Shown: positions 12,713 through 26,091 of the stretch, one piece after another
Layout of the letters: each line of letters begins with the position of its first letter
Numbering within the stretch: position 1 is the first letter of the stretch
Assembly: GCA_951406725.2 (NCBI GenBank)
Contig: OX597843.1
Span: 14,446,001-14,510,000, forward strand
Length of the DNA: 64,000 nucleotides
DNA from: Octopus vulgaris
Lineage: Eukaryota
Direction: 5' to 3'
Position numbers and translations under genes: made by a program
Notes under the pieces: generated by a model
The model's database searches: none
Told to the model about the DNA's origin: nothing
The model's input: the letters and a program-made list of their open reading frames with translations, nothing else

Positions 12713-12809
12713 GTCATTGGCCATCTTCATAAATGAGTCATGTGCACACCAATTTGTATATATCTGTATAAAGCAAGCCTGTGTGTGTGTATACATTATT
12801 ATACACACA

Positions 12810-13370
12810 CAAACATACATATACACACACAGACACACGTACACACACAGATATGTACACACACACATATACACATACATATACACACATAGACACATGT
12901 ACACACACACAGATATGTACAGACACATATACACACACAGACACACGTACACACACAGATTTGTACAGACACATATACACATACATATACACACATAGAC
13001 ACATGTACACACACAGATATGTACACACACACATATACACACACAGACACACGTACACACACAGATTTGTACAGACACATATACACATACATATACACAC
13101 ATAGACACATGCACACACACACAGATATGTACACACACACATATACACACACAGACACACGTACACACACAGATTTGTACAGACACATATACACATACAT
13201 ATACACACATAGACACATGTACACACACACAGATATGTACACACACACATATACACACACAGACACACGTACACACAGATTTGTACAGACACATATACAC
13301 ATACATATACACACATAGACACATGCACACACAGATATGTACACACACACATATACACACACAGACACAC
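12810..13370. repeat. AC-rich higher-order minisatellite (~120-bp unit)
   Basis: Recurring cagatttgtacagacac and cagatatgtacac modules. Confidence 0.85.
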
Positions 13371-14034
13371 ATATACGCATATACATGCATACACCCACAC
13401 ATGTGTTGCAAAGTCGTGTGTCTGTGTGCACAGAGATATCTGTGCATGTCAGAGAGGTGTATGTTCAACATTGTAGCCAGAACTCCAAGAGAGTGTGCAT
13501 GATGGCACAGCCAGCATTACCAGAGGAGACGGGGGGTGGGGGGGGCAGGGCAGGGCAGGGCAGGGCAGGGCGCACGGGGAAGGGGCGGTTACCATATCAC
13601 ACACCCTTCACATCCAGAACATGGAAGTAATAAAGAAACAATGTTTAATGATTGTGATGATGATGATGATGATGAAGAGGATAATGGTGATGGCAACAAA
13701 GATGATGATGATGGTGGTGGTGATGGCAGTGATGACGATGATGGTAATGATGACAATAATGGTTATTATGCCAGTTATAATTAGTCAGTGAATTGGCAGA
13801 CCCGTTAGAGCATCAACCCGAAAGACAAACCCAGCAGGTGACTCATAGTCGGAACTGCTCCTTCAATAGTCCCAGAAAAGTACGATCCATACCAACACTC
13901 ATATCACCATTTTTCTCTTGGTGCCGCTAGTCAAACCAAAAAGTCCCCATATGGAACCAACCAACGCTTTTCTCCTCATTCCACATAAAATTCTGAGAAA
14001 TTGGACGTATTTTTCTGTCGGTTCCATCATCATA

Positions 14035-14450
14035 CTCTCTTTACTTTTTTACTTGTTTCAGTCATTTGACTGTGGCCATGCTGGAGCACCGCCTTTAGTC
14101 GAGCAACTCGACCCCAGGACTGATTCTTTTGTAAGCCCAGTACTTATTCTATCGGTCTCTTTTGCCGAAGCGCTAAGTAACGGGGACATAAACACACCAG
14201 CATCGATTGTCAAGCAATGCTAGGGGGACAAACACACACACACAAACATACAATGCATATATATTCATATATATATACATATATACGACAGGCTTCTTTT
14301 GGTTTCCGCCTACCAAATCCACTCACAAGGCTTTGGTCGGCCCGAGGCTATTGTAGAAGACACTTGCCCAAGGTGCCACGTAGTGGGACTGAACCCGGAA
14401 CCCTGTGGTTGGTAAACAAGCTGCTTACCACACAGCCACTCCTACGCCTA
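14035..14450 (-). mobile_element. tRNA-SINE family A, full length
   Basis: Tail, central (TA/CA)n tract and head are all present. Confidence 0.9.
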
Positions 14451-14499
14451 ATGTCTGGCATTAGAAGAATATGGAATATTTACCATTATTTCCTTCTGT

Positions 14500-14880
14500 G
14501 ACTAGATGCAAATAAGCCTGTTTTTTCTCTCAGAAAACACCTCCAAGAACCACGAATTCCATGGAACTTCTTCCTTAGATTTTTATCTTCTTTGCATTTG
14601 TTGATATTTGTAAAACCAAATGGTGGGCAACTTTCATCAAATATCTGTTTTGGTTTTCCATCTTTGCTGGCATCGCTCCACTTGGTATCAGGTGGAGTGA
14701 TGCCAGTCAACAAGTACGATTCCTGATGTCAATGAACGTGAATCAACCAATTCTGCATTGGCAGGCCTCACTCAGAACGCTGCCCACAGATCCTTGGATG
14801 CGAACGTCAAACTCATGCTGGCTGCTTTTTGGCAACATTTTCTTCGTGTTGGATGGATTGCTGCCAGACAACAGCCATAA
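14500..14880 (-). mobile_element. Decayed Ingi/Vingi-like LINE ORF fragment
   Basis: LSEAC...YLLTGITPPDTKWSDASKDGKPKQIFDESCPPFG...KNLRKKF resembles the recalled Vingi-type LNExCR...LYxLAGIAPPDIRR...RHPLFG...RLKSRKSF. Confidence 0.45.
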
Positions 14881-15516
14881 AGTTTAATTACGATAGATGC
14901 GGGCGTGGTTGTGTGGCTGAGAACCAGCCACAGGGTTTCAGGTTCAGTCCTACTGTGTGGCACTTTCGACAAGTGTCTTCTATAGCCATGGGTCAACTAA
15001 AGCTTTTGTGAATGGATTTGGTAGATGGGGACTGAGAATAACCGATGTGTGTGTGGGTGTGTATACATATCTTCAATTCACATCCAGGTTATGAGTATAT
15101 ATATGTATGTGTGTGTCTATGCACATGTGCCAACATAATATATATCATCACATGGGGAAATGTCAGCAAGAGAAATTATATTCTTAAGATTATAAACCTG
15201 GAAAAGTTGAGATCTTATTACATCTGGTAAAATACAGAACAAGAAAGTTTTCACTTAAAATATTGTGGCTAAGGATAAGATTTGAATATTAAAAATTATT
15301 TGAATTCAATTTACAAAGTAACATAATTAAAAATGGTACCATCATTTTGCTAAAATACTAACACACTACAATACTTAAATACTTAAGAAATGAGAGCCAG
15401 AAGTACCAATATAAAGTTTTATGCAAAGTAAAATAGTATATATTGTAGGTAAATTCATTATGTCAAAAACAGGCATTGGGTCAAGACTAAAAATGTGAAA
15501 ACTTGGTAATAACTGA

Positions 15517-15593
15517 AGCAAGAACTCAAGCAAGAACTCAAGCAAGAACTCAAGCAAGAACTCAAGCAAGAACTCAAGCAAGAACTCAAGCAA
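15517..15593. repeat. 12-bp tandem repeat (gcaagaactcaa) x about 6
   Basis: Perfect repeats. Confidence 0.95.
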
Positions 15594-16075
15594 ATTTTAC
15601 TGTGAATTTGTTGTTGTAGGTTGACTTTTACTGTAATATATAACTAATTTTTGTATTATTCTATTGTACTAATTAAGTACTACTATTATTTTTCATAACC
15701 TATTTTCAAATTTTTAATTATTAATTAATAATTTCATAAAATGAATTTTTTTAAAGTACAAAAAATATTTTGAGTCATTTTTTATTTTCAATAGAAATAA
15801 CAAATAGAATAACTTGTAAGAAAATTCTTAGTTTTTGTAAAAGCTAATGTTTTCTAACTCTAAATATTCTATTTGAAATTTTATCCTTAGCTGTAATATT
15901 TTAAGTAAAAATGTTCTTGTTCTGTACTTTACCAGATGTAATAACTTGTCCTGTATTTTTCCAGGTTTGTATTCTTAAGAATATTATTTCTTTTGCTTGC
16001 ATTTTTCCATCTAATATATATTATGTTGGTAATTTTTTCCTCCTCCTGTTTCCTTTGGACTTTCCTACGCCTCCC

Positions 16076-16110
16076 GTTTCTGAAGAAGAGCTCTGCTCGA
16101 AAGGTAAAAC
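16076..16110 (+). ncRNA. Degenerate minimal type I hammerhead motif
   Basis: gttt-CTGAAGA-a-gagc-tct-gctc-GAAA-g-GTA-aaac; followed by ctgagcatcc, related to the tail at 21960-22040. Confidence 0.45.
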
Positions 16111-16146
16111 AACCACTCTTTTCCTTCCCTGAGCATCCTATGTTGC

Positions 16147-16811
16147 ATATTCACTGCGTCCAATTCATCACAAATTTAAATATTCACTGCGTCCAATTCA
16201 TCACAAATTTAAATATTCACTGCGTCCAATTCATCACAAATTTAAATATTCACTGCGTCCAAGTCATCACAAATTTAAATATTCACTGCGTCCAATTCAT
16301 CACAAATTTAAATATTCACTGCGTCCAATTCATCACAAATTTAAATATTCACTGCGTCCAATTCATCACAAATTTAAATATTCACTGCGCGTCCAATTCA
16401 TCACAAATTTAAATATTCACTGCGTCCAATTCATCACAAATTTAAATATTCACTGCGTCCAATTCATCACAAATTTAAATATTCACTGCGTCCAATTCAT
16501 CACAAATTTAAATATTCACTCGTCCAATTCATCACAAATTTAAATATTCACTGCGTCCAATTCATCACAAATTTAAATATTCACTGCGTCCAATTCATCA
16601 CAAATTTAAATATTCACTGCGTCCAATTCATCACAAATTTAAATATTCACTGCGTCCAATTCATCACAAATTTAAATATTCACTGCGTCCAATTCATCAC
16701 AAATTTAAATATTCACTGCGTCCAATTCATCACAAATTTAAATATTCACTGCGTCCAATTCATCACAAATTTAAATATTCACTGCGTCCAATTCATCACA
16801 AATTTAAATAT
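16147..16811. repeat. 33-bp minisatellite, about 20 copies
   Basis: Unit atattcactgcgtccaattcatcacaaatttaa; near-identical copies with no spacers. Confidence 0.97.
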
Positions 16812-19520
16812 CCACAGCATTCACTGCAGAGTATTCCATTTTCATTTGCAAAGTCTCTCACTTTCTCTTTTAAGTTTTAATTCACAATTAATGTATATGT
16901 AAGGTAAAATCGTTATTGAATGAAATTTTTTTTAAATACCTGTATCAATTTTTGAACACAGGAGCCTAGAAAGTCAGGTAATTACTATTAGAAGATGAGG
17001 AGAAAAAAAAGAACAAAATGTCACCGACAAGTACTCAAAACTTGCAACTTATTCAGCTGCACTCACACTCACGCACACACAAATGAAAGGCAGTGAATGT
17101 GTGTGTGTGTGCATGCGTGTGTGTACTGTTCACTGACAAAACTTTGTGCTGCATCACTTTTGTGTGACAAAAATATTTTCACACAAAGGAAACTTTAATG
17201 TTGAAGTGAAACAAATGGGATTTGTCTGTTGTTTTTGCTTCAGCACACAATCTCAGATCAAGTCACATGCTATGCAAGTACATCTCTGTAATTTTTATAA
17301 ATCACTGTGGATAAATGCCAGCAATGACATTCTCAGGCTCTCCAATATTTTAATTTCTAAATAGAAACAATCGGGGGCAGGGAGTGGGGTTGCAAAAACT
17401 TCATAATTTCTCAAATTTTGTTTTCATAGCATATAAATGTATTTATGGGGGAAAATGTTGAAAAGCATCAATACATGCGAGAGTGATAAAGAAACAAGGA
17501 GGAGTGTCTTTGCATATGCTAGAAACAACAGCCAAATCGTCCTTAAATCACTTTTCCCTCTGAAATTATAAAAAATTTTTTTACTGAAAATGCTCTTTCC
17601 ATGGTTTTGAAGTGCAATAAAAAATTGGCCAAAACAGGTTCAGAGTGGGATGAGGGACTGGGGTGTAAAAAAAGAGTTTTCGAAACATTTTTCATACAAA
17701 GATAACTCCCCCTCCAACCCCATCATTTCAAAGGAAGTGGTTTAAAAAAAAATGGGGAAAATCCCCCACCAAATTTTCCCCACAGATTTCTTTATAATTG
17801 TAATCTATGCCATTTGAAAGGGATTTGTATAAGTTTTCATTAAACGATGCCCATCTTCCTGAAGGTTATGAGGGGAAAAAATTAGATCGTGTGAATTTTC
17901 AAAATTCTTTCCCATAAATTCCTATATACTCTGAAGCTACAACATCTAAGCGGTATTTGTAGAAAATAAAGTATTAATTTTTCTGGATGTTATGAGGCAA
18001 CAAAGTCAGGGGCATATACAGCTGTAGTAATGCCCTTTTATTTGTATGCACTTTTCATTTCATGTTTAGTTCATTCATTGCTTGCAATGTTCTCTCTCTG
18101 ACACACACAAAGCTTACAGTTGGGCTGCTGAATTGAAATTTCTATGTTGCTTTGAGGGTAAGGTAAAACTTGACAAACTGCCTCTCCCTTCGTTGTTGGG
18201 CTACCGTGACGTTTGTTTAAAAACAGAGATTATAACTGTGATAAAATAATGAAAGAAATATTTACTAAGCAAGTGAGCACCATTATACAAAGAAATAATT
18301 AGACGTAAAATGGGAATTAAATGTGAAAGTATTATCAAGGGGCTAGCAGAAAACCACCCAGAGAGCAGTCTTTCTGCTCATGAATTAAATAGGGCTACAT
18401 ATAGTTTCTGCCTTGCAAATCCACTAACAAAGCATCGACAGGCCCAGGGTTATAACACTGCTTAAGGTACCATATCACGCAACAGGATTGAACCTAAAAC
18501 CACACAGCCATACAGACAACCTACTGAACCAAATACCTCAAAATCCTCTTCTAAAACTGCACTAATCCTTAATCTGTTTTCAGCTGGATTAGCAGAAAAG
18601 CTGACCCCCAGTTAGATTTGAACCCACTGCACAGAGTTGGAACAAATACTCTAGCCCACCATTCTACGGATTCTACCCATTTGCCACCCTTATAAGAGAT
18701 TACTAGGCTATGACTTTCAAATAAAGAAACGTCTATTTATAAACAAGTCATTTCACAGTTATTTTTATATTTTATTTATTACACACACACACATATATCG
18801 TAATTTTTTGGCAGTACTCAAGATATGGTATCTTATCATTTCCCCATATCACCTACATTAGGCGTGCATGACATATATATACACATATAAACACACACAG
18901 GCTGGTACAGTGATACATACATACAAACACACGCAGAGACAAAGACAGATACATACAGATGGAGAGACACACACACACACACACACACTGGTATGAACAT
19001 ATACATGTACATAGAATCAAATATACTAACACACACAAACAGGATCAGAGACATACAGAGAAAGGAAGAGATGAAATAAGACACACACACACACAAATAT
19101 GATACATATATACACATACAGACATATTCAGAGATGGAGATAATGATACACACACACACACATGTATAGATGTACATATATATAAATTAGATCCATCCTC
19201 AGAAAATCAGACATGGAAGAGACTCACCCTCCACCCCCACAGAACATACACACCTATTCATCCCCCACCTCCCCCATGCACACACACTCACCCAGAAAAA
19301 GAGAGAGAGAGAGAGAGAGAAACGCACACATAATTACACAGAAAACTTACACACCAAAACTCCTCCATGACACAAACACACACCCAATCACACAAACGTA
19401 CATACACACACACATACACAAACACACCCAATCACACACACACACACACCCAATCACACACACACACACCCAACCACACACACACACACACCCAACCACA
19501 CACACACACACCCACCCAAC

Positions 19521-19551
<31 letters not shown>

Positions 19552-20507
19552 ATGCATACAGTCATACAAGCACTCAGATACAAGGACCCACACACAGGTT
19601 CCTTTGCACACACACACACACACCCAATCACACACACACATACATACACACACACATACACACCCAATCACACACACACACACACACCACAGAGACATAC
19701 AAACAGATGCCAACCTTCTGCACACATACACAAACGCACTAAAATACATAGATAATCTACACACGACCTCCTGTTCTTCACACATACATACACTCCATCT
19801 CCACACACACATACATACACACAGCCCCTTCTCTCTCTCTCTCTCTACATACCCACACGTAGTGACCCTCCTCACCACACACATACAAGCAGACCCCCCA
19901 CACCACACACAAGCACAGACCCACATATACATACACAGAACCACACATACACACAAGCACAGACCCACATATACATACACAGAACCACACACACACACAC
20001 ACACAAGCACAGACAGAAATATACAGACACCCCCTCCCTCCCTCTCTGCAGACATACCTACACATAGATACCCCCCTCCTCCCCCACACAACTACATACA
20101 TATTAACTCAACACTTTCCACACACATACAAACCCACACAGATCCACCTACACACAAGCATAAACACATACACACACACAAGCACAGACTCCCCCTCACC
20201 CCCTCACATCCAACAACCCCCCCTTTCTGCATATACATAAACACAGTCCCACATACGGACACTCCATCTCCACCTCCACACACACATACCCTTCCTCCTT
20301 CCCCACTGTGTCTGTGCGTCTTCCATTCATTATAGAAATAGATATGACATAATCAAGGTAGACCAAACCTTAACAAAAAAAACTTTAATTAACAAATTAA
20401 TGAATAAGACAGACTAATTTATTGCAACGAGACATGCCAACCACCCACCACCACCACCACCACAATAATAACCATGATATTAATAACAACCACCTCCACC
20501 CTTACCT

Positions 20508-20738
20508 ATTTCTTTACTACCCACAAGGGGCTAAACACAGAGAGGACAAACAAGGACAGACAAACGGATTAAGTCGATTATATCGACCCCAGTGCGTAAC
20601 TGGTACTTATTTAATCGAACCCGAAAGGATGAAAGGCAAAATCGACCTCAGCGGAATTTGAACTCAGAACGTAAAGACAGACAAAATACCGCTAAGCATT
20701 TCGCCCGGCGTGCTAATGTTTCTGCCAGATCGCCGCCT
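20508..20738 (-). mobile_element. tRNA-SINE family B (Meta-like central domain)
   Basis: Minus strand ggcggcgatctggcagaa...gagttcaaattcc...gcctttcatcctttcgggttcgattaaataagtaccag. Other copies at about 24670, 30540-31235, 40035, 44450, 46395 and 52365. Confidence 0.85.
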
Positions 20739-20959
20739 TACCATTATACTAACTACAAAACCTACCAATATCACGGTGTTACTAATAATTGTCACCACCA
20801 CCACCACCACCACAGTGGTCTCTCCAAGTCTGAGAAAGACAATTGTGCAATTTCTTGCCGAGCAACCTGTACAAATGATTTTGTTTATGGTGACAAAATG
20901 GTTTGTGACATACAACTGGCTAACTCCTTCCATCAAATTAATATTTTTTGAACAGGTGC

Positions 20960-21046
20960 AAAGTGTGCCACATGGCCACGGGTGGCAAAGTGTGCCACAT
21001 GGCCACGGGTGGCAAAGTGTGCCACATGGCCATGGGTGGCAAAGTG
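20960..21046. repeat. 27-bp tandem repeat x3
   Basis: Unit caaagtgtgccacatggccacgggtgg. Confidence 0.9.
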
Positions 21047-21136
21047 ATCGCACAGCAACAGGAGATGAAGTGGTTTGCTCAAGAACTCAATATATTAGAA
21101 ATATTGAATTTCTAAATGTCTGAGAGAGACATGAGC

Positions 21137-21457
21137 GGTGGTGGAGCGATAGAGTGGTTGTATACTGTCAACAGAACGTGACTGTCCCGTAAGGGAATTA
21201 CACCACCGCTGTTTAGCCCTAGGAAGCATCGACGCTTCCTGTCGGCCTTGACACATTTCCTGTGTCCTTATATTTGCGAAGGGGAGGCAAGCACCCCCCG
21301 CCCAGCTAGGATTCACACCTGATATAAGGACACAGGAAATGTGTCAAAGCCGACAGGAAGCGTTGATGCTTCCTAGGGCTAAACAGCGGTGGTGTAATTC
21401 CCTTTACGGGACTGTCACGTTAAGTTGACAGTATACAAACACTATTGCTCCACCACC
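21137..21457. repeat. Long inverted repeat (arms ~135 bp, 48-nt spacer)
   Basis: 21137-21273 is the reverse complement of 21322-21457 with few mismatches. Confidence 0.93.
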
Positions 21458-21927
21458 TTGTGTATATATAAATATATATACACACAAATATATTCACATA
21501 TTTTCGTATATATATATATATATATATGTATATAAATACATGTATGCAACCATATTCATATTTCCATATACACATATATATGTATATATAAAAACATATA
21601 TACACATACACAAATATATTCACACATACATACACACACAAATATATTCACACACACACACACAAATGTATTCACATACATATTTTCATAAACGTGTATA
21701 TATCAATACATATATACACACACAAATATATTCACATATACATATATAATGTCTATATGCATAGGCACAGGAGTGGCTGTGTGGTAAGTAGCTTGTTTAC
21801 CAACCACATGGTTCCGGGTTCAGTCCCACTGCATGAGACCTTGGGCAAGTGTCTTCTACTATAGCCTCGGGTGACCAAAGCCTTGTGAGTGGATTTGGTA
21901 GACAGAAACTGAAAGAAGCCTGTCGTA

Positions 21928-21959
<32 letters not shown>

Positions 21960-22160
21960 GTTAATCCAAACAAGAAAGCACAAAAAAAACACAACAACGC
22001 GAGGACATGGAACAAATATAGTATTATTGGACGCTCAGATATATATAATTTAGATACATCCTCAGATTAGGTTGTGGCCCTAATACCGCTAGGATGTAGC
22101 AATGGGTGAAATACTGCTAAGCATTCCATTCCGGTAAACGGTTCTGCCAGCTCAACAATT

Positions 22161-22460
22161 GCTTAAAATTCGAAATTGCAAGAATTTGGAGTCTGAAGAC
22201 TGTAAAGGTTGTTCCTGTAATAATTGGTAGATTGGGAACTGTGAGTAAGGATATAGAGAAATGGTTGGAGGAGATTGGAACGGAAGGTCCTGTAGAGCTT
22301 CTTCAGAAAGTTTACCTCTTAGAGACAGGAAAGGTTATCAGGAGGGTCTTAAGACTCTTGAAAGACTCTGGATACCTGAGGTTACAGGTAACAACCTGCT
22401 ACCCACATATATTCTGCCAGGAATAGGAACACACCTGAGTCAAATCATCAGTCATGATAA
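22161..22460 (+). mobile_element. R4/Dong-like LINE C-terminal fragment
   Basis: LKFEIARIWSLKTVKVVPVIIGRLGTVSKDIEKWLEEIG...ELLQKVYLLETGKVIRRVL. Confidence 0.8.
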
Positions 22461-22495
22461 TAATATATGCATCTTGATATGATAAAACCCTTAAG

Positions 22496-22554
<59 letters not shown>

Positions 22555-23905
22555 GCACACAGCTGGAGACAACAGCTGTTAATCTACTTTAATCCAATAG
22601 AGTAGATTTTAATATTAAAAACTTCTATATTAGGTTAAAGCACTGGACTGGATTATTCGTTGTCATCATCATCATCATGATGATGAAACATCCGTTTTCC
22701 ATGCTGGCATGGGTTGGACAGTTTGACAAGATTCAAGGACTCCATTGAGCTTCAATGTCTGGTCAGTCAGGGTTTGTCCAGCCGGATGACCTTCCTAATG
22801 CCAACTGCTCTGCAGAGTGTATAGTGTTGCTCAGCCTGGCATATCAGACAATCTTAAGATGTTCAACTGAAGATTTGGGGGTCAGATCTCTAGCTGCCAC
22901 TTAGTCTGACCCCCATCACAGCCACCAAACATACCGTGGGCTTTTGGTCAGCCAAAACTTAAACCGAAATGAGGATAGGCTTTAGAACCCTTTTAATAAG
23001 GGTCTAATCCATGTGTTGAGACATTCATTCTCATTTAATCTTTCTGCTTCCCATGCTGGCAGGGTGAAGGCCTCTGGCTCAGTGGTTCTGGCATTTGATT
23101 AATGGTCAGGATTTCAATTCCCAAAGGCACAATGTATCCTTGAGCAAGGTACTTCATTTCATGTTGCTCCAGTTCACTCGGCTGGCAAAAATGAGTTTCA
23201 CCTGCAATTCAAAGGGTCAGCTGTGTTACATCCTGTGTCATACTGAATCTCCCTGACAACTGCATTAAGGGTACATGTTTCTGTGGAGCGCTCAGCCACT
23301 TGCACATTAATTTCACAAGCAGGCTGTTCCGTTGATCGGATCAACTGGAACCCTCATCGTTGTAACCGACAGAGTTCTATGATAGGTTGGACAGGGCACC
23401 CTTCCTAACACTGACCACTCCATGAAAAATGCATCCAGTACACTCTCTGAAGTGGTTGGCATTAGGAAGGGCATCCAACTGTGAAAATTATGTTAAAGGT
23501 TACACTGGAGCTTGACACTGCCTTCTGGCCCATCAGTTCGTGTCAAACTGTCCAACCCATGCCAGCATGGAAAAGGAACGTCAAATGATGATGATAATGA
23601 TGTATAGTAAACAAATAACAGGGGTCTCAACCAGTTTTTATCTAGGGATCCCCTTTAATTACTATTTCATTCTGGTGGACCCCTATTGCCATTCAATGTT
23701 TCAAAAATAGTTTTATAGAAACTTCTTTCAAAATTCCTATTTTGTTTCTCACACATCAACTTGTGTAGGTTGAACAATGGAAAATGTCAAGAGAAAGAAA
23801 CCCAGCTGTTTCTTGCAGTACAGACCAATCCATACATCTAAAGCAGGGGTTCTCAACCATTTTTTACCAATGAATACATATAAAGCAAAATTTTTTCAGG
23901 AGCCC

Positions 23906-24133
23906 TTAACCCTTTAGGGATTAAACTGGCCATATCCAGCCAAAATATTCTCCCTCTTTTATGTTCAAACCAGTCAGATACGGTCATTCATAGCCACCTA
24001 ATTGTGTCATTTTAAAAATAAACAATCACATCATTGAAATCTCAAAGCCATGAAATGATGCAAGATAAATTTTACATGGTGTGAATACATAAGCTTTACA
24101 TTTGACAGAATAATCTGAATACTAAAGGGTTAA
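23906..24133. mobile_element. piggyBac-like MITE (TTAA TSD) nested in a hAT-like element
   Basis: TTAA-ccctttag...ctaaaggg-TTAA; host begins caggggttctcaacc at about 23843. Confidence 0.75.
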
Positions 24134-25298
24134 AACACCATTGTGGACCCCCAGTTTACTATTTTGTGATGGTAACTCCCAAAAATCTTATATAGATCCC
24201 AGGGGCCATATAGACTTTGGTTGAGGACCATTGATCTACAACATACAGTTGATCAGTTGTTGGAAACAACACATGCTGTGGCATTATGTTATTTTAGATT
24301 AAATGCTGTTAACATGGCTCAAGGTTAGAATGTCTGGCTCACAATCCTGAGGTAGTGAGTTCGATTTCCGGACGGGGCTGTGCGTTGTGTTCTTGAGCAA
24401 GACACTTTATTTCATGTTGCTCCAGTTCACTCAGTTGTGACATCATTGGTGCCAAGCTGTATTGGCCCCTTTGCCTTTCCCTTGGATAACATTGGTGGCA
24501 TGGAGAGGGGAGGCTGGTATGCATCATAAAATAACCTTGCCTGGACTTGTGCCTCAGAGGGGAACTCTCTAGGTGCAATCTCATGGTCATTCATGATATT
24601 TAATGGGTTAAATATTTTGATTAAATGTGAGTTTTAGATGAAAATATTTGTGGCAATTATTATTATTAAGGTAACGAACAGGCAGAACCATTAGCATGTC
24701 AGACAAAATGCTTTGCAGTATTTCATCCATTTTTATATTCTGAGTTCAAATTATGTTACAGTCACCTTTGCCTTTCATCCTTTTGGGGGTTGGTAAAATA
24801 TATATCAGTTGAGCACTGGGGTTGATCTGATTGACTTCACTCTCTCCCACCCAACGTTGCTGGCCTTGTGCCAAAATTTGAAATTAATTATCAAGAGTAA
24901 TGTTCCACTGGCTGACCACTTTGTGGTAATGGTTCAGATTTCATCCTGGCCATCGAAGTCAAATCCTAGTTTTGAAGAAATCTTCTCAGGTTTAAAAAAG
25001 CCAATTTGTACCCTACAATTTACGATGCAACAAAATTACCTAAAACTGGCAGGATCCATGGAAATTTCACGGAACAAAAAAGATTACAAAGATCTGTTGA
25101 AGAAAGGATAATTTGCATTTTTATTGCATATAAATTCTGTTACTTGAGCTTTAAATGATAGAAAAATATACAATAACAATTGAGACACTGCTTATTACTC
25201 AAATGGTTTGCAAGAATTCAATTCCATTGAAACTACAATATGTAACTGCATATTCCTTATTATGCAATATTTTATAATTACATTATATACATACATGT

Positions 25299-25461
25299 AG
25301 GTGCAGGAGTGACTGTGTGGCAAGTAAATTGCTTACACACCACATGTTTCCAGGTTCAGTCTCACTGCGTGGCACCTTGGGCAAATGTCTTCTACTATGG
25401 CCTTGGGCAGACCAAAGCCTTGTGAGTGGATTTGGTAGATGGAAACTAAAAGAAGCCCGTC

Positions 25462-25502
<41 letters not shown>

Positions 25503-25705
25503 TTTGAATTTGTCCCCTCCCCACATCGTTTGACAACCGATGCTGGTGTGTTTACGTCCCTGTAACATTAGTGGTTCAGCAAAAGAGACTGATAGAATAA
25601 GTACTAGGCTTACAAAGAATAAGTCGTGGGGCCAATTTGCTCGACTAAAGGCAGTGCTCCAGCATGGCCGCAGTCAAATGACTGAAACAAGTAAAAGAAC
25701 AAAAA
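25299..25705 (+). mobile_element. tRNA-SINE family A, full length
   Basis: Head, (TA)n tract and tail present. Confidence 0.9.
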
Positions 25706-26091
25706 AAATGTACACCAAACGATACAAAGACTATGCCCAATGTTCTCATTTGCATTTGTTTCAATTCCGTTGCAAATTAGAAAAAAGAAAACCAACATCC
25801 ATGGGTATTTTGCTAAGATATTTCACTTCCAGTCAGAATAATATAATTTTAAAGCTTCCCCCTGCAAAACACTTTATATTTCTCTCTCTCTGCCTCTTAC
25901 TGTGTCATTCCCCTCTTCACTTCATTAACATTTCTTTCTTTCTCTTCACCTCTCACTGCCACTAATCAAGTGACAACATGGTTTAGTGGGAGTAGCTATC
26001 TCATCTCACGCACAATGGAAGTAGCTACACATCACCTCACACCCTCTCCCTCCACCTCTCTAACAAATGAACAAAAGGAATTATAATATAT

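Noticed and set aside
12620-13471. 283-aa Cys/Val-rich ORF and similar ORFs at 19367, 28783, 28970 and 50912
   Set aside because: These are translations of AC/AT microsatellites, open in several frames for compositional reasons.
16147-16811. CRISPR-like 33-bp repeat array
   Set aside because: Units abut directly with no unique spacers, there are no cas genes, and the context is eukaryotic.
16940-16984. Possible small minus-strand exon
   Set aside because: Weak donor (gtattt), stops in all three frames from the stronger acceptor, and no other support.
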